This document shows positions 8,661 to 18,165 of a DNA stretch of 64,000 nt, piece by piece. The notes under the pieces were generated by a model, which worked only from the letters and a program-made list of their open reading frames with translations, was not told the origin of the DNA and ran no database searches. Source of the DNA: an uncultured Candidatus Saccharibacteria bacterium (GTDB lineage: Bacteria; Patescibacteriota; Doudnabacteria; UBA920); the NCBI GenBank assembly GCA_964436545.1, contig CAYTCJ010000002.1:26111-90110 (forward strand), read 5' to 3'. The position numbers were made by a program, and so were the translations under genes. The stretch's first letter is position 1. Each line of letters opens with the position of its first letter.

Positions 8661-10187
8661 ATGGCTACAACTGAAAGTATTATAAAGCAACTAAAAGATA
8701 AAATTTCAGCCTTTGATACCAAAACCAGCGTTGAAAAAATCGGCACGGTTTTAGAAGTGGGTGATGGGGTGGCTAGAATTTCCGGCCTTACTCAAGTAGG
8801 CAGTATGGAAATGTTGGAATTTATCCCAGGGAACCAAGCTAACAATAAGCCCTCGGTATTCGGCGTGGCTTTAAATTTAGAAGAAAATTTAATCGGTTCA
8901 ATTATTTTGGGCGATTACCAAACTATTAAAGTGGGAGATGTAGTTAAAGCCACCGGTAAAATTTTATCCGTACCCGTTGGGGAAGCTTTAATTGGCAGAA
9001 CCGTAGGAGCTTTGGGTGAACCAAAAGATGGCAAAGGTTCCATTCAAAGCGAAAAATTTTATCCGGTGGAAAAAATTGCTCCCGGTGTAATTACCCGCCA
9101 AAGCGTAAAACAACCCGTGCAAACGGGAATTAAAGCCATAGACGCCCTTATTCCCATTGGCCGAGGCCAACGCGAATTAATTATTGGCGATAGACAAACC
9201 GGCAAAACCGCCGTAGCCATAGACACCATTATCAACCAAAAAGGGCAAAATATGGTGTGTATTTATGTGGCCATTGGACAAAAAGAAAGCAAGGTAGCGA
9301 AACTGGTAGACGAACTCACCAAGGCCGGCGCTATGGAATATACCATTGTGGTTTCCGCCTCCGCTTCCGAACCGGCGTCCTTAAGCTTTATTGCGCCGTA
9401 TTCAGCCACAGCAATGGGCGAATATTTTATGGATCAAGGTAAAGATGTTTTAGTGGTGTACGATGATTTAAGCAAACAGGCCACAGCTTACCGAGAAATT
9501 TCGCTTTTGCTTAGAAGACCGCCGGGCAGAGAAGCTTATCCGGGTGATGTGTTTTACTTACACTCCAGACTTTTAGAAAGAGCTGCCAAATTAAACCCCG
9601 ATTTTGGGGGTGGATCTTTAACCGCTTTACCAATTATAGAAACTCAAGCCGGAGATATTTCTGCATATATTCCCACCAATGTGATTTCCATTACCGATGG
9701 CCAAATCTTTTTGGAAACCGATTTGTTTTATAAAGGCATTCGTCCGGCTTTGAACGTTGGTTTTTCCGTATCTCGGGTGGGCAGTAGCGCTCAAACCAAA
9801 GCCATGAAAAAAGTGGCGGGTAAACTTAAACTCCAACTAGCCCAGTTTAGGGAATTGGAAAGCTTTGCCTCCATTGGCACAGATTTAGATGCCGAGACCC
9901 AAAAAACTTTAGATTTAGGCCGAAGAATGACTCAAGTCTTAAAACAGCCTCAATACGAACCTTTATCTTTAGAACAGCAAGTTACCGTAATTTATGCGGT
10001 CAACAATGGTTACTTTAATGTGATTCCGGTAGATAAAATCCAAGAAACGGAAAACAAATTCCATCAATATATGAAAGTGCAAGGCAAGGAAATTTTAGAA
10101 GCAATAAAAACCTCTAAGGAATTAAACGAAGACATTGAAGCTAAACTAAAAGATGCGATTAATAATTTTTTACAAAGCTTGAGTTAA
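8661..10187 (+). CDS. atpA: ATP synthase F1 subunit alpha
   Basis: GDRQTGKT Walker A; [23 protein letters not shown]. Confidence 0.99.
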   Translation: MATTESIIKQLKDKISAFDTKTSVEKIGTVLEVGDGVARISGLTQVGSMEMLEFIPGNQANNKPSVFGVALNLEENLIGSIILGDYQTIKVGDVVKATGKILSVPVGEALIGRTVGALGEPKDGKGSIQSEKFYPVEKIAPGVITRQSVKQPVQTGIKAIDALIPIGRGQRELIIGDRQTGKTAVAIDTIINQKGQNMVCIYVAIGQKESKVAKLVDELTKAGAMEYTIVVSASASEPASLSFIAPYSATAMGEYFMDQGKDVLVVYDDLSKQATAYREISLLLRRPPGREAYPGDVFYLHSRLLERAAKLNPDFGGGSLTALPIIETQAGDISAYIPTNVISITDGQIFLETDLFYKGIRPALNVGFSVSRVGSSAQTKAMKKVAGKLKLQLAQFRELESFASIGTDLDAETQKTLDLGRRMTQVLKQPQYEPLSLEQQVTVIYAVNNGYFNVIPVDKIQETENKFHQYMKVQGKEILEAIKTSKELNEDIEAKLKDAINNFLQSLS

Positions 10188-10628
10188 GATGTATGAGTTA
10201 TGAAGTATGACTGAAGGCATTGAAAAAAATCCAATAAAATCATTTACTGATTTAAATGCTTGGAAAGAAGCTCATAATTTAGTTTTAATGATTTACAGCA
10301 TAACTAAAAGTTTTCCTAAAGAAGAAATATTTGGCTTAGTGAGTCAATTAAGACGTGCGGTAGTATCTATAACTTCAAACATAGCCGAAGGTTTTAGCAG
10401 GGCAACCGACAAAGATAAAATTCATTTTTATGTTATGGGTTTAGGGTCACTTACGGAAGTCCAAAATCATACCATAATCTCAAAAGATTTAAAATATATT
10501 AACGCAGATCAATTTTCAATTCTTGATAAACAAATTACAATTTCAAGTAAAATTTTAAACGGCCTAATCAAAAGCACTAAACTTCGTTCTCTTACCTCAT
10601 AACTCTTAACTCACACTTCATAACTCAT
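10180..10628. mobile_element. Putative IVS-like cassette: four-helix-bundle gene bracketed by inverted heptamer arrays
   Basis: ATGAGTTATGAAGTATGA (10193-10210) is complementary to TCACACTTCATAACTCAT (10611-10628) at 17/18; TGAGTTAAGA (10180-10189) pairs with TCTTAACTCA (10604-10613); mobility is inferred. Confidence 0.55.
10207..10602 (+). CDS. Four-helix-bundle protein (23S rRNA IVP / bAvd-like family)
   Basis: SFTDLNAWKEA...FPKEEIFGLVSQLRRAVVSITSNIAEGFSR...GSLTEV family signature. Confidence 0.92.
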   Translation: MTEGIEKNPIKSFTDLNAWKEAHNLVLMIYSITKSFPKEEIFGLVSQLRRAVVSITSNIAEGFSRATDKDKIHFYVMGLGSLTEVQNHTIISKDLKYINADQFSILDKQITISSKILNGLIKSTKLRSLTS

Positions 10629-10641
10629 TCCCCATACCTCC

Positions 10642-11628
10642 ATGCCCGGCATTAAAGAAATTAAAAATCGAATCAAGAGCATAAAAAGCACGCGCAAAAT
10701 TACCAAAGCCATGCAAATGGTTTCGGCTGCCAAAATGCGTAAAGCTCAAGAAGCGACTTTAAAAAGCCGTAAATATGCGCACTTAGCTTGGGAGCTAATT
10801 ACGCATTTAAATATTTCAGAAAATCAAACTCCGGAATATGCAGACGATTCCATATCCGACGAAAACCTCGATAACCCAAAAAATCACAAAATTTCCCAAT
10901 TAATGGCCACTTTCCCCAAAGCCACAAAAATTGCTTACATTGTCATTGCTTCCAATAAAGGCTTAGTGGGAAGTTTAAATACCAATTTGTTTAATCAATT
11001 AAAAACGGCTACGGGTAAAGAAGCGGAGCTTATTGCGGAGTTGGTGGTTTACGGGAAAAAAGCCAAAGATTACGCGGTCAGATTTAATAAAAACTTAGTG
11101 TCGGATTTTCCCAAAAAAGATATCATTGGTTCAGTGGAAGCCATTTACCCTTTAGCCAATACGGCAACTAATTTATACTTAACCGGAGAGTATGCCAAAA
11201 TTTATTTGGTTTATAACGATTTCATTTCCACCCTCTCTCAAAAACCGGTTATAAAGCAATTATTGCCTTTCCGAAGGTCCGACGAAGCCTTGGCGAAGTC
11301 AGATGAGTTGTTAGAAAAAAATAGCATGCTGGCTCATCGGCCATCTGAGAAGCCCATAAATGGGCACGCTACAGACTACTTATTCGAACCCGACCCACAA
11401 ACCGTAATCGATCATTTAATTCCCAGAATTATTGAAAGCCAAATTTACCAAGCCGTGTTAGAAAGCGATGCCAGCGAACACTCGGCGAGAATGGTAATGA
11501 TGAAAAACGCCACCGAATCTGCCGGGGAATTAATTGACGACTATACTCTTACCTATAACCAATTAAGACAAAATAAAATCACTACCGAACTGGCAGAAAT
11601 TACTGCCGGCAAGATAGCGTTGGAGTAA
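10642..11628 (+). CDS. atpG: ATP synthase F1 subunit gamma with two insertions
   Basis: KITKAMQMVSAAKMRK, ASEHSARMVMMKNAT, RQNKITTELAEI. Confidence 0.97.
   Translation: MPGIKEIKNRIKSIKSTRKITKAMQMVSAAKMRKAQEATLKSRKYAHLAWELITHLNISENQTPEYADDSISDENLDNPKNHKISQLMATFPKATKIAYIVIASNKGLVGSLNTNLFNQLKTATGKEAELIAELVVYGKKAKDYAVRFNKNLVSDFPKKDIIGSVEAIYPLANTATNLYLTGEYAKIYLVYNDFISTLSQKPVIKQLLPFRRSDEALAKSDELLEKNSMLAHRPSEKPINGHATDYLFEPDPQTVIDHLIPRIIESQIYQAVLESDASEHSARMVMMKNATESAGELIDDYTLTYNQLRQNKITTELAEITAGKIALE
11321..11372. repeat. GTAG-type REP doublet in frame inside atpG
   Basis: GCCCATAAATGGGCACGCTAC (11352-11372) plus a degenerate inverted copy at 11321-11341; intergenic sister at 30594-30614. Confidence 0.8.
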
Positions 11629-11630
11629 TA

Positions 11631-12056
11631 ATGAACCCGGAAAGCAACCCACTAAACCCTGAAGAACACCCGATTTTTTTAGATTACTTTCTACCAAATT
11701 TAGCTGCCAAAGTAATAGATATGAAATACGGTAATGGTATTTATGATATGCACCATGAACTTTCATTAAGAAAAACTGCGGAGAGTATGGGGAAACTAAG
11801 TGAATCAACAAATGTTAGAGCCATGACAGATGAGGAACTTGGAGAACTGGCAGAGTATTACCGACCATTAATTCCGGAAATTGCTGAATTAGATGAAGAA
11901 ATTTGCAATGCTAAATCCATAGCGCATGGAGTAGAAATTGCTCGGAGAGTGGGCATTACTCTTACAGATGCGGAAATCCACGAAGTAAAACTGGACGCTA
12001 TCACAACAATGGCTCTTGAAGTTAGGGGTTCTTCCGGAACTCAGGCTAAAAATTAA
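11631..12056 (+). CDS. Hypothetical acidic orphan protein inserted between atpG and atpD
   Basis: 141-aa ORF starting 2 nt after the atpG stop; no recognised motif. Confidence 0.7.
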   Translation: MNPESNPLNPEEHPIFLDYFLPNLAAKVIDMKYGNGIYDMHHELSLRKTAESMGKLSESTNVRAMTDEELGELAEYYRPLIPEIAELDEEICNAKSIAHGVEIARRVGITLTDAEIHEVKLDAITTMALEVRGSSGTQAKN

Positions 12057-12170
12057 TTATTTGATAAAATTTGTCGGTTTGTTAACTTAATATGTGATTT
12101 TTCATTCATACTGGTATTAAGTATCAGAAAAATTACTAATAATAAACAATAAGAAATTTTTTGGAAATAA

Positions 12171-13580
<1,410 letters not shown>

Positions 13581-13600
13581 CTCTACTAAAAAAAGATTTT

Positions 13601-14035
13601 ATGAAGTTAATTAATTTTCAATTAGTTACCCCGGAAAAAGTAGTGCTCACCACAGAGCTAACGGCTTTAAGTTGCCCCACTACGGAAGGCGAAATCACTA
13701 TTCTGCCCAATCATATTCCTTTGGTAACACAAATTCAGCCCGGTGAAATTCACGCCAAAACCAAGGACGATGAATTTTTTATGTTCGTCTCCGGCGGATT
13801 TTTGCAAGTTCAAAAAGATAATAAAGTTATAATTTTAGCCGATGCGGCCGAGCATCACTTTGAGATTAGCGAACAAAGAGCCGAGGAAGCCAGACAACGC
13901 GCCGAAAAAGCCCTTAAAGAAGTTAAAGCGGGTAACGAAGAATACGCCAAAGTCGCAGCCAGTTTGGAAAAAAGTTTGGCGAGAATTCGAATTGCCAAAA
14001 AGCGAGCCAGTAGAAAAACTAAACAATTCAATTAG
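13601..14035 (+). CDS. atpC: ATP synthase F1 subunit epsilon
   Basis: LVTPEK, GEITILPNHIPL, VSGGFLQV, C-terminal helical hairpin. Confidence 0.95.
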   Translation: MKLINFQLVTPEKVVLTTELTALSCPTTEGEITILPNHIPLVTQIQPGEIHAKTKDDEFFMFVSGGFLQVQKDNKVIILADAAEHHFEISEQRAEEARQRAEKALKEVKAGNEEYAKVAASLEKSLARIRIAKKRASRKTKQFN

Positions 14036-14039
14036 AGCA

Positions 14040-14750
14040 ATGCGCGCTTCCCTCGAAAAAAATATTTATCGACTACCTTCCTTTGCGACAAAAATATATA
14101 ATTCTCTTGTGGAAAACTTTCCGCACACTTATCTCGTTGGAGGTTATGTGCGGGATTTTTTATTGGGTAAAAAAAGTTTAGATATCGATATTTGCACCAC
14201 AGCAAAACCCGAGGAAATCGAAAAAACTTTACTGAAGTGCCAAATTCCATACAATAAACAAAATATAAATTTTGGGATTATTACCATTAAAAAATCTCGG
14301 TATACCATTACCATTTCCACTTTAAGAAAAGAGTTATATACTCATTCCCGTTACCCAAAAATTCACTTTATAAAAAGTCTTAAACAAGATGCTCAAAGAA
14401 GAGATTTTACTGTAAATTCCCTTTATTTAAACCCAAATACCGGCAAAATGCTAGATTACTACCACGGAAGAAAGGACTTACTTAACCACAAAATAAAGTT
14501 TATTGGTCAGCCTAAAAGAAAAATTCTAGAAGATCCTTTAAGGATACTCCGGGGTATAAGATTAGGTTTGAATTTAAAATTTAAATTTGACTCCGAGACT
14601 AAATTGGCAATCATAAAAAACTTTTTTTTAATTAGAACCTTAAGTCCCAAAATTATTTTAAACGAAATTCACAAAATAAAAAATTTTAAAACCAAAACCC
14701 TTTTCAAAACCTTAATTACCAACCCAAAAATGCTTGACAAGTATTTTTAA
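14040..14750 (+). CDS. cca: Compact CCA-adding / poly(A) polymerase family tRNA nucleotidyltransferase
   Basis: YLVGGYVRD, DIDIC, RRDFTVN, EDPLRILR; ATG at 14040 follows atpC. Confidence 0.85.
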   Translation: MRASLEKNIYRLPSFATKIYNSLVENFPHTYLVGGYVRDFLLGKKSLDIDICTTAKPEEIEKTLLKCQIPYNKQNINFGIITIKKSRYTITISTLRKELYTHSRYPKIHFIKSLKQDAQRRDFTVNSLYLNPNTGKMLDYYHGRKDLLNHKIKFIGQPKRKILEDPLRILRGIRLGLNLKFKFDSETKLAIIKNFFLIRTLSPKIILNEIHKIKNFKTKTLFKTLITNPKMLDKYF

Positions 14751-14762
14751 AACCCATAATAT
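14734..14762 (+). promoter_or_regulatory. Sigma70-type promoter upstream of the basic-peptide gene
   Basis: TTGACA-N17-TAATAT. Confidence 0.55.
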
Positions 14763-14908
14763 ATATTAAAGAGGAGAAAAACCGTCCAGAAAAAAAAGTT
14801 AAAGAAAAGTTGCACGAATTGTTTATACTACTTAAAGGGTTAATGCCCAAAGTAGAAAATTAAGAAGGCTTAACCAAAATTTAGTTAAGTCTTCGGGAGA
14901 CTAGCCCA

Positions 14909-14974
14909 ATGGCTAAAAAGAAAAAAGTAGTAAAAAAGAAAAAAACCGCTTCCAAAAAGAAGAAGCGAGCTTAA
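14909..14974 (+). CDS. 21-aa lysine-rich peptide MAKKKKVVKKKKTASKKKKRA (not in the ORF track)
   Basis: GGGAGA SD 8 nt before ATG; mixed AAA/AAG codons; own promoter and terminator. Confidence 0.65.
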   Translation: MAKKKKVVKKKKTASKKKKRA

Positions 14975-15013
14975 TTCTTTCTTACTTCAGTTATGTCTAT
15001 ACGACATAACAGC

Positions 15014-15044
15014 AAAACCGTCCTAAAAAACTATGGACGGTTTT
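15014..15044 (+). terminator. Intrinsic terminator-like hairpin
   Basis: AAAACCGTCC...GGACGGTTTT. Confidence 0.65.
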
Positions 15045-15047
15045 GTA

Positions 15048-15076
15048 TTGCAAAAAAATGTATTTTGGTTTATAAT
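15048..15076 (+). promoter_or_regulatory. Promoter of the tRNA cluster
   Basis: TTGCAA-N17-TATAAT ending 11 nt before the tRNA. Confidence 0.75.
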
Positions 15077-15087
15077 TAAAGCCATAT

Positions 15088-15163
15088 CGCGGGATAGAGA
15101 AATTGGCATCTCGTCAGGCTCATAACCTGAAGATTCCCGGTTCGAGTCCGGGTCCCGCAACCA
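15088..15163 (+). tRNA. Initiator tRNA-fMet(CAT)
   Basis: C1:A72 mismatch, A11-U24, anticodon arm TCAGG-CTCATAA-CCTGA, encoded CCA. Confidence 0.92.
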
Positions 15164-15238
15164 AATTATTGTGACAGCCTATTTCCTGCTGTCCGCAGGA
15201 TTTTTGATTATTTAGAGATAATCAATTTTACTAAATAC

Positions 15239-15315
15239 GGCGGGATAGCTCAGTTAGTTAGAGCGTGGGACTCATAAGCCCAAGGTCGGTGGTGCAATTC
15301 CACCTCCCGCTACCA
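15239..15315 (+). tRNA. tRNA with CAT anticodon (elongator Met, or Ile2)
   Basis: GGCGGGA...TCCCGCT-A-CCA cloverleaf; loop CTCATAA; atypical T-loop TGCAATT. Confidence 0.88.
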
Positions 15316-15379
15316 TGAACAATAAATTTTGATGTTAGGTAAGTAGTTTAGAAATAAGTCGTTAAATGATCAACAACAT

Positions 15380-15456
15380 GGACCGGTAGCTCAGTTGGTT
15401 AGAGCGCTCCCCTGTCACGGGAGAGGTCGCGGGTTCGAGTCCCGTTCGGTCCGCCA
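15380..15456 (+). tRNA. tRNA-Asp(GTC)
   Basis: GGACCGG...TCGGTCC-G-CCA; arm CTCCC-CTGTCAC-GGGAG. Confidence 0.96.
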
Positions 15457-15494
15457 TTTTAAAACCCTCCAATATTTATTGGAGGGTTTTAAAA
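15457..15494. terminator. Bidirectional terminator hairpin
   Basis: TTTTAAAACCCTCCAATA-TT-TATTGGAGGGTTTTAAAA between convergent units. Confidence 0.8.
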
Positions 15495-15676
15495 TAACCA
15501 GCAAGGTATTTTCCTTCATTTGGCCCTTCATCTTTATCTTTTACCTCACTAGCTGTTGCTTGCTCTAAAGGTTGATCCGGCCCTGTAAAAACCTTATCAG
15601 GATGATGTTCATTTTTAGGAAACTCAAAATCTGGATGTGTGTGTAAACCCAATTCATCAGTTGTTGGTTCTGGCAT
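15476..15676 (-). CDS. Small acidic hypothetical protein
   Basis: 66-aa ORF filling the gap between tRNA-Asp and rmuC. Confidence 0.5.
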   Translation of the reverse strand: MPEPTTDELGLHTHPDFEFPKNEHHPDKVFTGPDQPLEQATASEVKDKDEGPNEGKYLAGYFKTLQ

Positions 15677-15721
15677 ATTTTTTTAGTTAATTATTTTATA
15701 GATTTATGCTACAATACTTTT

Positions 15722-16792
15722 ATGCAAAATGCAATACTTTACACAATTTTAAGCCTATTAATTGCCGGCTTGGCCTTAGCCATCTATTTTATTTATGACC
15801 TAAAAAGGCAAGTTCAAAAACCCCAAGATTCCGCTTCTGACCTAGGTTTAAAGCTGGTATTAACCCAAATTAACGAACTTTCCAGAACTGTTGACAGCAA
15901 AATCTCCGAATCTCATAAGTTAATGAATGAATCGGTAAGGAATCAATTTGGGGAATCTGCCAAACTTATTCGGAACGTAACCGAAGGCTTAACTAAATTA
16001 GATCAGACCAATCAGCAAGTAGTTTCCTTTGCCGAACAACTCAGGCAACTGCAAGATATTTTAAAAAACCCCAAACAGCGAGGCGTGTTAGGGGAATACT
16101 ACCTAGAAACCTTGCTAAAAAATATTTTAGCCCCGAGCCAATACCAAATGCAATACGCTTTTAAAAACGGAGAAATTGTGGATTGTGCGGTATTTGTAAA
16201 AGAAAAAATCATTCCCGTGGATTCTAAATTTTCTTTGGAAAATTATAATCGAATAGTGGAAACAGAAGACCCGAGCGAAAAAGCCAAATTGGAAAAACTG
16301 TTTGTGAATGATTTAAAACTCAGAATCCAAGAAACCGCCAAGTATATTCGTCCCGAACAAGGCACTATGGATTTCGCTTTTATGTTTATTCCTCACGAAG
16401 CAATTTATTACGATTTACTTATAAATAAAATCGGCGCGCTTACCGACGACACCGAAAGTCTGATTCAAAGAGCGGCCAGCAAATATAAAGTAATTATCGT
16501 TTCGCCCACTTCTTTTTTGGCCTATTTGCAAACCGTGCTTCAGGGCCTTAAAGCTATGCAAATAGAAGAAACTGCCAAAGATATTGTAAAAAATGTGGAG
16601 CAATTGGGCAGACATTTAAAAAGTTACGAGGAGTACTACGGAAAATTGGGGAATGCGTTATCAACCGCGGTGAACCAATACACTTTAACCGGTAAAGAAT
16701 TTAAAAAAATTGATAAGGATATTTTTAAAGTTACAGGTATGACCTTAGGTCTGGAAACTGTTGCTTTAGAAAAACCCAATAATGAGGAATAA
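15722..16792 (+). CDS. rmuC: DNA recombination protein RmuC
   Basis: NPKQRGVLGEYYL, IPVDSKFSL, GTMDFAFMFIPHEAIY, VSPTSFLAYL. Confidence 0.93.
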   Translation: MQNAILYTILSLLIAGLALAIYFIYDLKRQVQKPQDSASDLGLKLVLTQINELSRTVDSKISESHKLMNESVRNQFGESAKLIRNVTEGLTKLDQTNQQVVSFAEQLRQLQDILKNPKQRGVLGEYYLETLLKNILAPSQYQMQYAFKNGEIVDCAVFVKEKIIPVDSKFSLENYNRIVETEDPSEKAKLEKLFVNDLKLRIQETAKYIRPEQGTMDFAFMFIPHEAIYYDLLINKIGALTDDTESLIQRAASKYKVIIVSPTSFLAYLQTVLQGLKAMQIEETAKDIVKNVEQLGRHLKSYEEYYGKLGNALSTAVNQYTLTGKEFKKIDKDIFKVTGMTLGLETVALEKPNNEE

Positions 16793-16795
16793 ATT

Positions 16796-17050
16796 ATGCC
16801 AGTAGAAAGTATGGGGTTTAATTCTTTGGAAGACATTGAATCTGCAAAGGGCACTGCCTATGCCATTGAAGAATGTGTTAACCGTGGTATAACTACGTTT
16901 GATGAAATTAAACGTGAAATTTTTCAAGGCCAAAATACATCTGATACGTTGCGTATGGATCAAAATTTTCAAAGAGGTTTGGTGTTTATTAACCATAAAT
17001 TATACACCATTGATGACGCCGGTAAACAAATTAAAAAAATTAAAAATTAA
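16796..17050 (+). CDS. Hypothetical protein
   Basis: 84-aa ORF tightly packed between rmuC and the NYN gene. Confidence 0.6.
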   Translation: MPVESMGFNSLEDIESAKGTAYAIEECVNRGITTFDEIKREIFQGQNTSDTLRMDQNFQRGLVFINHKLYTIDDAGKQIKKIKN

Positions 17051-17063
17051 AAATTCTTTATTT

Positions 17064-17573
17064 ATGTCAATTCGTAACCAAGACCAAAGGGTGGGAGTAT
17101 TTGTAGATGTGCAAAATTTATATTATTCTGCCCGCAATATTTACAACGCCAGAGTTAAATTTCACGAAGTTTTAAACGAAGCCGTAGCCGGAAGAAAACT
17201 TATTCGTGCCATTGCTTATGTAGTGGAAGCCAATATGCCGGAAGAAGAGAATTTTTTTGAAGCTTTGGAAAAAGCCGGTTTTGAGGTAAAAAGAAAGGAA
17301 CTCCAAACTTTTGCCGGCGGACACCAAAAAGGGGATTGGGACGTAGGCATAGCTATGGATATAGTTAAATTAATGAATAAATTAGATGTGGTCGTGCTCG
17401 CGAGTGGGGATGGCGACTATGTGCCACTTTTGGAATATATGCAAATGTCCGGACAATTTACGGAAACTTTGGCCTTTGGCAAATCTTGTTCCGCGAAAGT
17501 CAAAGAATTAACCGATTATTTTATAGACTTAGACGCCAATCCTAAAAAGTTTTTAATGCCAATAAGAAAATAA
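17064..17573 (+). CDS. NYN domain (LabA/DUF88, PIN-like) protein
   Basis: VFVDVQNLYY, KGDWDVGIAMD, LASGDGDYVPL. Confidence 0.92.
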   Translation: MSIRNQDQRVGVFVDVQNLYYSARNIYNARVKFHEVLNEAVAGRKLIRAIAYVVEANMPEEENFFEALEKAGFEVKRKELQTFAGGHQKGDWDVGIAMDIVKLMNKLDVVVLASGDGDYVPLLEYMQMSGQFTETLAFGKSCSAKVKELTDYFIDLDANPKKFLMPIRK

Positions 17574-17700
17574 TTAGAAAACATTTATATTTTTTAACTG
17601 CTTTATCCGCACTTGCAGACCAACTAACAGCGTTTCGAGATAGTCTATTAAAAAATCCTGCAAAATAAATTAAAATTAATCGTTAATTGTTTACTGTCAA

Positions 17701-18159
17701 ATGTTAAATGTTTCTCGTGTAGTCCTTGATACAAATATTTTAATTGATGGTTTTAAAGACGAATTTTCTTACGAAAAAAGAATCATTGACGCCATAAGGC
17801 AAGGGTATATTGAAGCTTATGCCAACCGAGAAACTTTGAGAGAAAATAAGTTTATTAGCAGTAAACTCATAACCGGCGCTGACTATGAAAAGGAATTAGA
17901 TGAATTCTTTGAGCAGGTGAATTGGGTAAAAAGCCAAAGGATTATCAACGTAGTCTCGGATCCGGAAGATAATAAAATTTTAGCCAGCGCCTTAAGCGCC
18001 AATGCTCATTATCTTATTACCAACGATAAAGCGCTTTTAGAATTAAAAAAATACCGAAGCGTCACCATTTTAGAACCCATTGCTTTTTGGGCAATTTACA
18101 CAGATAAAGGTATGGATTGGTGGCAACAACTAACCAATTTCTATTTCCCAAAAAACTAA
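17701..18159 (+). CDS. PIN-domain putative toxin/RNase (PIN_3 type)
   Basis: VVLDTNILI, DPEDNKIL..A, YLITNDKALL. Confidence 0.88.
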   Translation: MLNVSRVVLDTNILIDGFKDEFSYEKRIIDAIRQGYIEAYANRETLRENKFISSKLITGADYEKELDEFFEQVNWVKSQRIINVVSDPEDNKILASALSANAHYLITNDKALLELKKYRSVTILEPIAFWAIYTDKGMDWWQQLTNFYFPKN

Positions 18160-18165
18160 CTTTAC

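Noticed and set aside
10207-10602. Diversity-generating retroelement (bAvd-like gene)
   Set aside because: No reverse transcriptase and no TR/VR pair with adenine-specific mismatches is visible in the window.
13842-14039. N-terminal extension of the CCA enzyme given in the ORF track
   Set aside because: It overlaps atpC in another frame; the ATG at 14040 fits the family start.
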